Below are positions 26,385 through 38,672 of a stretch of 64,000 nucleotides of DNA, piece after piece. This DNA comes from Mobula birostris (lineage: Eukaryota): positions 34,261,130 through 34,325,129 of the forward strand of contig NC_092375.1 of the NCBI RefSeq assembly GCF_030028105.1, given 5' to 3'. Made by a program: the position numbers and the translations under genes. A model generated the notes under the pieces. The model was not told the origin of the DNA. It did not search any database and saw only the letters and a list, made by a program, of their open reading frames with translations. The stretch's first letter is position 1. Each line of letters opens with the position of its first letter.

Positions 26385-26840
26385 ACCACAAGACGCAGGA
26401 GCAGAATTAGGCTATTTGGCTCAACGAGTCTGCTCTGCCATTTCATCATGGCTGATCTTGTTCCCCCCCCCAGCCCCACTCCACCGTCTTCTCCATGTAA
26501 CCTTTGGTGCTGTGTCCAATCAAGAACCTGTCAACACTCACAACATACTGGAGGAACTCAGCAGGTCAGGCAGCATCTGTGGAAAAAGGCTGCCCAACCT
26601 GCTGAGTTCCTCCAGCGTGTTGTGAGTGTTGCTTTGACCCCAGCATCTGCAGAGTATTTTGTGTTTAAGAACCTGTCAAGCTCTGCCTTAATTACACCCA
26701 ATGACCTGGCCTCCACAACTGCCTGTGGTAATAAATTCCACAAATTCACCACCCTCTGGCTAAAGAAATTTCTCCACATCTGTTTTAAATGGATGCCCCT
26801 CTATACTGAGCCTGTGCCCTCTTGTCCTAGACTCCCAGCA
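26385..26840 (-). mobile_element. CR1 3' end containing a fold-back PLE insertion
   Basis: RNFFSQRVVNLWNLLPQAVVEA and the CR1 tail. Confidence 0.85.
26535..26666. mobile_element. 132-bp fold-back PLE terminal-repeat insertion (ribozyme region absent)
   Basis: 13-bp TSD aagaacctgtcaa (26522-26534 and 26667-26679); inverted arms of about 43 bp. Confidence 0.88.
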
Positions 26841-26931
26841 AATTCAGAAACACAGATTGTGGAAAGGGGCAACACACATAAAAGTTGATGGTGAACGCAG
26901 CAGGCCAGGCAGCATCTCTAGGAAGAGGTGC

Positions 26932-26967
26932 AGTCGACGTTTCAGGCCGAGACCCTTCGTCAGGACT
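26932..26967 (-). ncRNA. Minimal type I hammerhead ribozyme, intact
   Basis: Minus strand AGTC-CTGACGA-AGGGTCTCGGCCT-GAAA-CG-TC^GACT. Confidence 0.85.
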
Positions 26968-27720
26968 AACTGAAGGAAGAGTGAGTAAGGGATTTGAAAG
27001 TTGGAGGGGGAGGGGGAGATCCAAAATGATAGGAGAAGACAGGAGGGGGAGGGATGGAGCCAAGAGCTGGACAGGTGATAGGCAAAAGGGATAAGAGAGG
27101 ATCATGGGACAGGAGGTCTGGGAAGAAAGACAAGGGTGGGGGGGGACCCAGAGGATGGGCAAGGGGTATATTCAGAGGGACAGAGGGAGAAAAAGGAGAG
27201 TGAGAGAAAGAATGTGTGTATAAAAATAAGTAACAGATGGGGTACGAGGGGGAGGTGGGGCATTAGCGGAAGTTAGAGAAGTCAATGTTCATGCCATCAG
27301 GTTGGAGGCTACCCAGACGGAATATAAGGTGTTGTTCCTCCAACCTGAGTGTGGCTTCATCTTTACAGTAGAGAAGGCCGTGGATAGACATGTCAGAATG
27401 GGAATGCGACTTCTCTAACTTCCGCTAATGCCCCACCTCCTCCTCGTACCCCATCTGTTACTTATTTTTATACACACATTCTTTCTCTCACTCTCCTTTT
27501 TCTCCCTCTGTCCCTCTGAATATACTCCTTGCCCATCCTCTGGGTCCCCCCCCCCCGTCTTTCTTCCCGGACCTCCTGTCCCATGATCCTCTCTTATCCC
27601 TTTTGCCTATCACCTGTCCAGCTCTTGGCTCCATCCCTCCCCCTTCTGTCTTCTCCTGTCATTTTGGATCTCCCCCTCCCCCTCCAACTTTCAAATCCCT
27701 TACTCACTCTTCCTTCAGTT

Positions 27721-27756
27721 AGTCCTGACGAAGGGTCTCGGCCTGAAACGTTGACT
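27721..27756 (+). ncRNA. Minimal type I hammerhead ribozyme, GUU cleavage triplet
   Basis: AGTC-CTGACGA-AGGGTCTCGGCCT-GAAA-CG-TT^GACT. Confidence 0.8.
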
Positions 27757-28687
27757 GCACCTCTTCCTAGAGATGCTGCCTGGCCTGCTGCGTTCACCAG
27801 CAACTTTTATGTGTGTTGCTTGAATTTCCAGCATCTGCAGAATTCCTGTTGTTTGTGGAAAGGGGTTTATCTCTGATACACGTCAATGAATCCGCTTGTT
27901 GCATTACATTACTGAGAAATAAGGAGCATGCCTTTGATTTTCCAAGCATTTATTGCCATGTGAGAAAATCAGTTGATCTTCTACCTAGTCATTTTCCTGC
28001 ACCATTCCCATATCCTTGATTCTATTAGCATCTAGTAATCTATCCATCTGTTTTCACAGAGTTTGATTACTGAGTATCCAGAGATAGCAAATTGCAAAGG
28101 TTCACCTTCTGCTGTGTGAAGAAATTTCTTCTTATCTTGGCCCCAAATAGCCTACACCATATTCTGAGACTGAGATCCCTCCTTGCTAGACTTCTCAACT
28201 CTATGCACAACAAGAGTCGAATTCCAGGAAGGACACGACGCCCGAGGCAGCGTTGTAATCCTTGTGTCTATCCGAGTATCCAAAACCATTAAATATGTTA
28301 AAACTTCGGATAAATTGTAAAACCGGCCTTATTTTACTTACTTGGCATGCAAATTGAATCAACTATTTTTTAGATTTATTTTATTTTTCGCAGTCCCAAT
28401 TTAAGTTCAAATGTCGAAGGAAATGAATTATAATTAAAATTATTATATGGTTTCACTTGAATTAATGAACGTGACACAACACTAAAGCCAGTGTTTTTAT
28501 GCGAGGAAATTCTTGCGAGCAAAAGTATGAAGCCAGCAAAACTGAAAGAACACCTCACGTCTGTTCATCCTGAAAATGTGTTTTTCCCCCTATGTGAAGA
28601 AAGCTCAATTCGAAAAAGTTGGGACACTTCCACAACTTGGATTTGCCAGTTTATAAAAACCATTTCTTGAAACATCCTATGAAGTTG

Positions 28688-28832
28688 TTTGCCAGTCCTG
28701 CCGAAGGGTTTCAGCTCCAAACGTCAACTGTACTCTTTTCCTAGATGCTACCTGGCTTGCTGATTTCCTCCAGCATTTTGTGTGCATTTTCCGGATATCC
28801 AGCATCTGCAGATTTTCTCTTGTTTGTGATTG
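28688..28832 (+). mobile_element. PLE mini-insertion with decayed hammerhead inside the hAT
   Basis: CAGTC-CTGCCGA-...-CAAACGTC-AACTG plus tail. Imperfect TSD tcctatgaagttg/tccataaagttg. Confidence 0.75.
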
Positions 28833-29475
28833 TCCATAAAGTTGCTTACTGGATTGCCAAGCAAAAGAAGCCCCACACTATTGGAAAGACTTTTGGAAAG
28901 CCATGTGCACTGGAAATAGTCGAGCTGGTTTTTTGGACTGGAACCGAGGGGAAAAAACTGGAAGCGATTCTCTTATCAGATAATGTGATGTGTTCTAGAA
29001 TAGTTGCTATTTCTTTTAATGTTTTGAAGCAGGCTATTGAAGAATTAGCAGCCTCAATTCCCATTCAATCTGCTATGGGATAAAATGTCAGATAACTCTC
29101 AATGTAGTTAGCTCCGTGTTTTTTGTTTGTTATGTGCATGCTGACGCCAAAGGATTCTATTTTGTGGGTCCCTTTTGGAAACTGCAAAGACTGTCAATGT
29201 TTTTGAAATGGTAATTTTTTTTTGCCAAACAAAACTGACTGGAAAGAAAAACTTCATACTCTTTGCACAGATGGAGCTCCTGTGATACTTGGTAATACAT
29301 CTGGGTTTCTGCTTTAGTAAAAAGGAAGCTCCTCATGTCGTCACTACTCGCTTCCCCCCCACACAGACATACACTGGGAACAAAGACTCTTCCAACGACC
29401 CTGACAGAAATATTGTCAACAGCCATAAACGTCACCAACTTTATCAGAAGCTGGTCTCTGAATAATCACTTTTTC

Positions 29476-30538
29476 TGCCGTCATCAATGATGCCCTCACC
29501 CGCATCTCCTCCATTTCCTGCACTTTGGCCCTCATCCCATCCTCCCGCCACCACAACAGGGACAGAGTTCCCCTTGTCCTCACCTACCACCCCACCAGCC
29601 TCTGGATCTAACACATTATCCTCCGCAACTTCCGCCACCTTCAACAGGACCCCACCACTAAGCACACCTTTCCCTCTCCACCCCTCTCTGCTTTCTGCAG
29701 GGTTCGGTCCCTCTGTGACTCCCTGATCCACACGTCCCTCCTCACGGATCTCCCACCCGGCACTTATCCCTGTAAGCATAAGTGCTACACCTGTCCCTAC
29801 ACCTCCTCTCTTGCCACCATTCAGGCAACACTTCACTTGTGAGTCTGTTGCAGTCACCTATTGCATCCGGTGCTCCCGGTGTGGCCTCCTCTACATCGGT
29901 GAAACCCGACGCAGATTGGGCACCTTCGTCGAGCACCTCCACTCTGTCCGCCACAACAGACAGGATCTCCCGGTTGCCACCCACTTCAACTCTGCTTCAC
30001 ATTCCCATTCGGATAGGTCCATACATGGCCTCCTCTACTGCCATGATGAGGCTAAACTCAGGTTGGAGGAGCAACAGCTCACATATCGACTAGGTAGTCT
30101 CCAGCCCCTTGGTATGAACATAGAATTCTCCAACTTCCGGTAATTCCTTCCCCCTCCCTTCCCCTATCCCTATTTCACTCTGTCCCCTCCCCCAGCTGCC
30201 TACTACCTCCCTCATGGTTCCGCCTCCTTCTACTACCCATTGTGTTTTCCCCTATTCCTTCTTCACCTTTCCTGCCTATCACCTCCCTGCTTCCCCTCCC
30301 CCACCCCTTTATCTTTCCCCTTACTGGTTTTTCACCTGGAACCTACCAGCCTTCTCCTTCCCTCCCTCCCCCCACCTTCTTTATAGGGCCTCGGCCCCTT
30401 CCCTCTACAATCCTGACGAGGGTTTCCGGCCCGAAACATTGACTGATCGTTTCCATGGATGTTGCCCGACCTGCTGAGTTCCTCCAGCATGTTGTGAGTG
30501 TTGCTTTGACCCCAGCATCTGCAGAGTATTTTGTGTTT
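29476..30538 (+). mobile_element. 5'-truncated Penelope-like element with GIY-YIG endonuclease, 3' UTR and hammerhead
   Basis: ORF 29811-30143 FTCES..VTYCIRCSRCGLLYIGETRRRL..F.EHL...VATHFN is a PLE GIY-YIG domain. Imperfect 8-bp TSD actttttc/acattttc. Confidence 0.92.
30408..30445 (+). ncRNA. Minimal hammerhead ribozyme in the PLE 3' repeat (core intact, stems mutated)
   Basis: CAATC-CTGACGA-GGGT TTCCG GCCC-GAAA-CA-TT^GACTG. Confidence 0.7.
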
Positions 30539-30603
30539 ACATTTTCAAGAGACCTTGTTGAGAAATGGGTGCAGAATATGAAGTGCGTGGTAGAGAAGTT
30601 CAC

Positions 30604-30912
30604 TGTGATGAGAATCCTTGACGAGGATGGCTTGAACCCAAATGCTGGAGTTTCTGAGGCTAGGATCGAGACAAGGTTTCAAACCAGATAGAGAATCTGC
30701 GCACAAAGCAAACACCAGACAAAATCACGAGTAGGCTTACGATTGAGCACTGAACATCACTTCAGGTGCTCCTTAAATGGTCAATCCTTGGCACCCAGAA
30801 TGTGGTTGTCAATTAGCAGGACTATCCTGAATCTTTAAAGGGGCCGTGCCAGCTATCCATACTCCGGGAGCTGAACCTCGGAAGCTGGTGCGAATGGGTA
30901 TGTGTCGTAACA
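30604..30912. mobile_element. Solo LTR (309 bp, Gypsy-like)
   Basis: TGTGATGA...TCGTAACA termini with a 5-bp imperfect TSD ttcac/ctcac. It splits the hAT motif EVH/WLSRG. Confidence 0.7.
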
Positions 30913-31932
30913 CTCACTGGCTTTCAAGAGGACAAGTCTTGAAGGCTTGTTCGAACTAAGAACATAAGTTTCACTTTTTCTGAACAAAAAAGAAAACCCA
31001 GTATTGGAACAATTTGAAGAAAAGATTGTATCGATGGGTTGGCTTACCTAGAAGATATTTTTATTCATAATGAATAAAATAAGTCTTTCAAATCCAGGTC
31101 CTGAAATCACCATTATGTTTGCTACTGAAAAATTACAAGATTTCTTGTCTAAGCTGCTAATAAGGAAGGAGAGAGTAGAGACCAACATCTTCGCAAACTT
31201 CCCAATGCTGCAGGAAGTGCTTTACCAAAATTCTCTGTCAATTTCTTTGAAGAGAGACGTCAGCAAACACCTGGAAACACTTCAGAACTCTTTCAAAAGT
31301 TATTTCCATCTTAATGGCATTAATATTCAACCATGGATCTGCAGTCCTTTTCTTTCTGATATAAACTGTCTTGCAGATATTGATCTAGCCAAAGATGAAT
31401 TCATTGACCTTAGGACAAAAACTTTCTACACTTGGAGTTTAATGCAAAAGCCATGGAGTATTCTGGTGTTCCTTGAGAGAAGCCTACCCTCGCCTTGTAA
31501 AGCGAGCTATGAAAGCTTTAATTCCATTTGCAACAACTTATCTTTGGAAATCAGGATTTCCAGCACTTGTAACCATTAAAACAAAAAATCCAGATCAATA
31601 GGATGTCCAACATAACACACATGTTGCTTTGTCAGAGAACAAACCGTAGTTTAATGTTCTTATTGAAGCTGAGCAACAACAGCCTTCATACTTATGTGTC
31701 TTTAAAATAAATTTTAACTTCCCTATATTTTCTATGTATAGTCTTGTTATTTAATGCATTAATAAATCACATACAGTACATTACTATATCACAAATCAGT
31801 CTTTTAAACATTTTGATATCTGTATTTCAATATATTGCTTTCTTTTGCAATCCTATATATTTTATTTTATATATTTAAATACATTATTATGAGAAGGGGT
31901 CCATAGGCTTCACCAGACTGCCAAAGGGGTCC

Positions 31933-34900
31933 TTAAGGCCTTAAAATATAGGAGCAGAATTAGGGCATTTGACCCATTGAGTCTGCTCCGCCATTTCATC
32001 ATGGCTGATCAATTCCCTCTCAGTCTCAGTCTCCTGCCTTCTCCCCGTATCCCTTCATTCACTGACTAATCAAGAATCTATGAACTCCAATGACTTGACC
32101 TCCAGTCATCTGAGGCAATAAATTTCACAGATTCATCACTCTTTGGCTAAAGAAATTCCTTCTCATCTCTATTCTAAATGGACATCCCACTATTCTGACG
32201 CTGTGTCATCTGGTCTTAGACTCCCTCACCATAGGAAACATCCTCTCCACATCCACTCCATCAAAGCCTTTGAACAGTCAATGAGATTTCCCCCTCATTC
32301 ATCTGAATTCCAGTGAGTGGAGGCCCAGGGCCATCAAGTACTCCTCATATGTTAAGCTTTTCAATCCCAGAATCATTTTTGTGAACCTCCTTTGAACCCG
32401 CTCCAGTGTCAGCACTTCCTGTCTTAGATAAGGGGCCCAAAACTGCTCACAATTATGCCAAGTGAGGTCTCACCAGTGCCTTATAAAGCTTCAACATTAC
32501 ATCCTTGCTTTTATATTCTAGTCATCTCAAAATGAATTTGCGTATTTGCATTCCTCACCACCAACTGAACCTATAAATTGACCTTCAGGAAATCTTGCAC
32601 AAGGACTCCTAAGTTCCTTTGTGCCTCAGATTTTTGAATTTTTCTCCACTTAGAAAATAGTCTATGCTATTATTTCTTCAAAAAAAAAGTGCATGACCAA
32701 ACACTTCCCAACACTGTATTCCATCTGCCCGTTCTCCCAATCTGTCTAAGTCTTCTGTAGCCACTCTGCTTCTTCAAAACTATCTGCCCCTCCACCTATC
32801 TTCGTATTGTCTGCAAACCTGGCCACAAAGCCATCAATTCCATCATCCAAATCGTTGATATATAACATGAAAAGAAGTGGTCCCAATGCAGACCCTTGTG
32901 GAACACCACTAGTCACTGGCAGCCAAGCAGAAAAGACGCCCTTTAATCTCACACTTTGCCTCCTGCAAATCTGAAAATGCTCGATACATGCTAGTATCTT
33001 TCCCTTAATACCATGGGCTCTTAACTTGCTAAACATCCTCACATGTGGCATCTTGTCAAGGGCCTTTTGAAAATCCAAGGACACAACATCCATCAATTCT
33101 CCTTTGTCTATCCCACTTGTTATTTCAAAGAATTCCAACAGATTTGTCAGGCAAGATTTTCTCTTATGGAAACTATGCTGACTATGGTCTATCTATTGTT
33201 TCATGTGCCTCCAAGTACCCCAAACCACATCCTTAACAATCGACTTCTACATCTTCTCAATCACTGATATCAGGCTAAGCGGCCTATAATTTCCTTTCTT
33301 CTGCCTCTCTCCCTTCTTGAAGAGTGGTGTGACATTTGCAATTTTCCAATCCTCTGGAACCCTCAGAGTCCATTGATTCTTGAAAGATCATTTCTAATGC
33401 CTCCACAATCTCTTCAGTCACCTCTTTCAGAACCCTGGGGTGTAGTCCATTTCAGTTCGGATCTTTCAGTTCCCCAAGCACCTTCTCTCCAGTAATGGCA
33501 ACTTCACACACTTCTGTTATACTTCTAGCATACAGCTAATGTCTTTCACAGTGAAGACTGATGCAAAATACTTATTCAGTTCATTTGCTATTTCCTTGTC
33601 TCCAATTATTACCTCTCTAGCATCATTTTTCAGCACTACGATATCTACTCTCGCCTTTCTTTTAAACTTTATATATCTGAAGAAACCTTTGGTATCCTCT
33701 TTAATATTATTGGCTAACTTACCTTTGTATTCCATCTTTTTCTTCTTGATTTTTTTAGTTGTCTTCTGTTGGTTTTTTAAAGCTTCCGCTCCTCTAACTT
33801 CTCACTAATTTTTGCCCTGCAAAAATCTTTGTATTTTATGTTGGTTTTATTTCAGCCACTGTTGCATCATCCTACCTTTAGAATACTTCTTCTCTGGGAT
33901 GTATCTCTCCTGCACCTTCCAAATTGCTCCCAGAAACTCCAGTCATTGCTGCTCTGTCATCATTTCTGCTAGTGTTCCTTTCCACTTAACTTTGGCCAGC
34001 TCCTCTCTTATGTCTCTGTAATTCCCTTTTCTCCACTGCAATAGTGGTACATCTGACTTTAGCTTCTCCTCCTCAAATTGCAGGGTGAATTCTATCATAT
34101 TATGATCACTGACCCCTAAAGGTTCCTTTACCTTAAGCTCTTTAATCAATTCTGGTTCATTGCACAACACTCAATTCAGAAGAGCTGATACCCTAGTGGG
34201 TTCAGCCATAAGCTGCTCTAAAAGCCATCTCGTAGGCATTATACAAATTCCACCTCTTGGGATCCAGCACCAACCTGATTTTCCTAATCTACCTGAACTT
34301 TGAAATCCCCCATGACCATCAAAACATTGCTCTTTTGACATGCATTTTCTATCTCTTGTAATTTATAGGCCACAACTTTACTACTGTTTGAGCTCTGTAT
34401 ATAGCTCCCATCAGGGACTTTTTACCCTTGCAGTTCCTTAGCTCTACCTGCAATTCTACACCTTCCAATGCTACGTCACCTCTAATGATTTGATTTCATT
34501 TTTTTTAACCACTGGTCAGACTACAACCAGAGGTCATGGCTTAAGGGTGAAAGGTGAAAAGTATAAGGGGAACATGAGCGGAAACTTCTTCACTCGGAGG
34601 GTTGTGAGAGTGTGGAATGAGCTGCCAGCACAAGTGGTCCATGGATAGTAGGGTATCGAGGGCTATGGTTCAGGTGCAGATTGTTGGATGTGGGCAATTT
34701 AAATGTTTTCCGCTATAACAATGACTCTACCAACAGAGCCACACCACCCCCTCTGCCTACTTGCCTGTCCTTTTGATATAATATGTATCTTTGGACGTTA
34801 AGCTCCCAGCTCTAATCTTCTTTCAGCATCCATTCAGTGAAGCCCACGATGTAATACACACCAATCTGAAAATGGGCTACAAGTTCATCTATCTTGTTCT

Positions 34901-35503
34901 GTATACTGCGTGCATTGAAATACAACATCTTCAATTCTGTATTCATCACCTTTTTCAATTTTGTGCCCCTTTTACATTGCAACTCATTCCGTTCACTTAA
35001 ATTTTGCCCTATCATCAGGCTGTCCTTGCTCTGAGTCTCACTGCACACTGCCTGTTTGTAAACCATCTACCTCGTCCTCATTACTATCACTCTGGTTCCC
35101 ATCTCCCTGCCAAATTAGTTTCAGTCCTCTTGAACAGCTCTAGCAAACCTGTCCGCAAGGATATTGGACCCCTTTGGTTCAGGTGTAACCCATCCCTTTT
35201 GCACAGGTCATACCTTTCTCATAAATGATCCCAATGATCCAGAAATCTGAAGCCCTTCCCCTGCACCAGACATTAATCTGCAAAATCACGCTATCCTTAC
35301 TCTCATTGGCACATGGCACAGGCGGCAATCCAGAGATTTTCCCCCAGAGGTGCTGCTTTCTGCTTTCTACCTAGCTCCCTAAAATCTATCTTCAGGACCA
35401 CAACTACCTATGTCATTATTCCCACCGTATATTCCAAGAGTTCTGGCTGTTCACTCTCCCCCTTTAGAAGGCCATGGACCCAATCTGAGAGATCACTGAC
35501 CCC
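31933..35503 (-). mobile_element. Long decayed CR1 LINE: ORF1 esterase remnant, APE endonuclease, RT and 3' tail
   Basis: GFRFLDHWD...YDLCKRDGLHLN (SGNH, about 35165-35260), YFNARSIQNKIDEL, SDHNMI, QGSALGP and RFADNTK. A plus-strand CR1 3' fragment is inserted at about 34510-34720. Confidence 0.92.
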
Positions 35504-36239
35504 AGCATAAAAAGGCTCAAGAACACTGGAAAGAGAAGCATAGGAGAGTGCTGATCACTGATCACTGACAGGAATATACAAGCTTATTGTGTATCTTGTA
35601 TTGCAATTACAAATTAGACTTGGAGCAGCTTTCTTACTGGTCTATTTTTCTAGTACCACTTTTGAAATCCTGCGTAGTGATTGATTACTTCACAATAATG
35701 GCAACCATTCTAGTGATCTTCCAAAACCACTCTTTACAAGATGGGTTAATACACCAGATACTGGGAAATGCCAGCACTTGAAATGTCAGCTAGTCAGACT
35801 TTCCTTCCAAAGATATGCAGTGCAGACGATAAGGTGCAAGGCCATGGAAAGATGGAGTCTTGATCTCGCAATGTACCGTCTTGGCCGTGTACCCTGTTGT
35901 CTGCCTGCACCATCTCTGTATCACTATATCCTGAATTCCATTATTGTTTATCATTTATACTGCCTCAGTGTAGTGATATGATGGAATGGTCCAACTGGAT
36001 CTTAAAAAAACTGTACCTCCGAACGTGACAATAACAAGCCCATTTACTTGGTGCTCAATTTAATTTCTGGAGCCCAGTCTGGTGTCCTACAATTATTTTG
36101 CATTAGCATCAGTATACTAACATTCAAGGTGGCATCATCTTCAAGGCATTTGTGGTTGGGTACTAAAGGCAGTCTGTTCTATCTTTAAATATAATTCAAT
36201 TCAGGACTCAAGACAACCAAAACGTACTGACACCAAAAC

Positions 36240-37583
36240 AATTTTAATATAAAATTGGTCATCTTTGACAAATAAGAAAATAAGACAAATTAATTGAGAT
36301 TTTACCTTTTTAATAATTATGCATGAAAGCTTACAGCCAGACAAGACAAATTACAATTGAAAAAAAAAATCCTGATTGCACTTTTAAATAGTTTTTTCCC
36401 CTAATATATATTTCTGGAATGCCAAGATCATTAGGAAAACAGCCATTTTTTCAGTGTTCTATATTACATGGAGGTCTTTTGCAAATTATTTTTAAAGTCA
36501 CATGTACATACACAGTTTGATTAACAGTGACTGAATTAAGAAAATTATAGACATGCATAAAGTCATAAACATATAAACCTATTATATGCACATTTATTTA
36601 CATCAATTACATTTCACGCATTTGCCCACCAAATGCCTCCTATTTGACAAAGAAAAGTAAACCAAATCTTGTTACCTGAGATTAGTATTTCTAGATTTAC
36701 AACACTTTCCTTACAACTGAAATTGTGCAATTTCACATAAGAATATAACTATCTTGCGGAATTTCCAAATGCATTCAAGATAAACTTTATCCAAATAAAT
36801 TCATCACAATTAGCATACGTTCAGATGATGATCCTTTATTAATGATTTTATGGAAGTTAATAGTTGTGGAATCATCAGAACTTAACTTGTCCAAACATTT
36901 CTTTAAATAATCCCAACAGGGCCTCAAGTCAAAATTAAATTTCAAATCCGGAAATCTACTTTCTACTTATTCAGAACAAGCACTGTGTTTATAAATACAT
37001 CACCCTGTTCATTTCTAATTCTACTGATTCCTTGCAAAATATACAAGTTAAATGAGGTAAGTTCTTCACTTTCATGCTCAGTTTGTGTATCTGACCCATT
37101 CTTGCCTGAATAGTATACATGAAATTTGTTATGAAACATGTGCCCATTTTAAGAATTTCTATGTTTATGTGTTGCAATCTACAAAATTCTGATCTCCTGG
37201 ATAAAATGCTGAAAAAGGACAGTTTCCACTGATTTTACCAATGCTTAAAATAAGGAAACGACGAAAAAAGCTTGCAATTGCAACTAAAATTGCTGGAAGC
37301 TCAAGCTTTACTGCAGAATGCTACTGGCACATCTCATAAATGTAAGCAGTTGAAAATATATTTTGGTTTTAGAACTCAGACTTTTCCTTTATTATTATCG
37401 TCACTTACCAACTTTGAATTCCTTCTCTGTGAGGAGTTCAATATACGTTTGTAAAAGTCTGCCAGTTACATAATGCTAACCTTTGTAGGATCAGGATATG
37501 ATCAGGGAAAATGATTGAACATGAACAAGTTCCCACATTATCTAATGCACACAATCAGTTATCAGGATATGTTCCAAGTATTT
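36240..37583 (-). other. ZBTB11: Probable ZBTB11 3' UTR
   Basis: AT-rich stretch with no recognised repeats after the stop codon. Minus-strand AATAAA at 37388-37393, 36835-36840 and 36593-36598, and ATTAAA at 36309-36314, followed by a GT-rich tract. The true 3' end is unknown. Confidence 0.5.
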
Positions 37584-38155
37584 TCAGTTTTCTTGCACAT
37601 TTTCTTCAGCCTCTGCAATATGGGCGACCTCAACTTCCACAGTTTCACCAATTTCATTAAGTTTCTGTCCGTGCTGTTGAGATAGTACATAGTTAACCAC
37701 CTGCATAATTCCATGATCTGTTAGTGTGGGCAATGCTTCATCTTGGCTTTCCACAGCCACAGCTTCAACAGATTCCACTGAAGTCACTGCTTCAACAGCT
37801 TCAACCGCCTCGACAGCTTCTCCAGCCACTATGACAGTCTCAACTTCTTCACCAATTAAATCTGATTTGTCCAGTTCATCTTGCATATCAGCAGCTAAGA
37901 TTCTGATGGCATGTTCTACTTGTGTTCCCTGATTATGGAACTGAAGTGTGTCTTTCTCTAACATTATTTTGCCAGGAACGTGCTCTTTATGAAACTTAGT
38001 CATATGTTTCCGCAAACTACGAGCATCAATGTAGGCATCGTTACATATTGGGCAGACGTAAGGTCGTTCTCCTGTATGTGTTCGCACATGCCGTTTAAGT
38101 GAGCGTGCATCAGCCCAGGCTACTCCACAGGTCAAACATTCAAATGGCTTCACAC
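37584..38155 (-). CDS. ZBTB11: Zinc finger and BTB domain-containing protein 11, coding exon 11 (ZF11-12, C-terminus, stop)
   Basis: 572 bp. GVKPFECLTCGVAWADARSLKRHVRTHTGERPYVCP...LEKDTLQFHNQGTQV; TGA at 37584-37586. Confidence 0.97.
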
Positions 38156-38539
38156 CTGAATAAAAATAAAATCATAATAAAATTATTCAAGCAGCGGAGA
38201 ACCAATATTATTCTTCAAATATTATGCTGATTTAGCTTTGTCCCTTTTCATGATGGCTGCAGTACCTTTAAATGTTGCTGACCAATTAACATGCAGCCCT
38301 CTCTACTAACTACAGCTGTTTTTAATATATTCTATATTAGTTTAGTTTTATGTACAGGCAGTAGAGAAGGCAAAGCATAAAACTGAGAGCTAACTTCCCA
38401 TTTTAAGACTACTTTTTACATTATTTGTCATCAATAATTTTTCTGCAAAAGTAGTAGGATTTCTGAATAGCATGGGAGTAATTATATTAATAGAATTTTA
38501 AAAGTTTCTTTTATCAAAATAACTTTAGTTTTACAGTAA

Positions 38540-38672
38540 TACACACAAAATGCTGGAGCAATCAGCAAATCAGGCAGCATCTATGGAGGGGAATAAACAT
38601 TCGATATTTCAGGCTGAGAACCTTCACCAGTCCTAATGGAGGGTCTCGGCTAGAAGACGAGAAATCCAGCAC
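38540..38672. mobile_element. Decayed fold-back PLE terminal repeat with two divergent decayed hammerheads
   Basis: tttcaggctgagaaccttcaccag followed by agtcctaatggagggtctcggctagaa. Confidence 0.6.

Larger units (their letters stand above)
26870..27852. mobile_element. Young 983-bp inverted PLE dimer
   Basis: 13-bp TSD ttgtggaaagggg (26857-26869 and 27853-27865). Near-identical arms of about 415 bp (26869-27283 and 27408-27819) flank a 124-bp spacer from the GIY-YIG C-terminus. Confidence 0.93.
28200..35528 (+). mobile_element. Decayed hAT (Charlie/Buster-like) transposon fragmented by four later insertions
   Basis: Motifs in order: BED-like C..EEILASKSMKPAKLKEHL.SVHP (about 28490), VAYWIAKQKKPHTIG, CTDGAP (about 29265), EVH/WLSRG (30595/30918) and a hATC C-terminus (about 31530). 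The subterminal ggggtcc ends at 31932 and a probable terminus resumes at 35504-35528. The left end is uncertain. Confidence 0.75.

Noticed and set aside
26827-27876. Mirror-image ORF pairs (111/115 aa and 69/69 aa) resembling duplicated genes
   Set aside because: They are translations of the PLE 3' UTR in the inverted arms; the SPDEGSRPETST peptide is just the ribozyme sequence.
31070-31579. 169-aa ORF as a domesticated ZBED/SCAND-type gene
   Set aside because: Part of a frameshifted hAT broken by several insertions.
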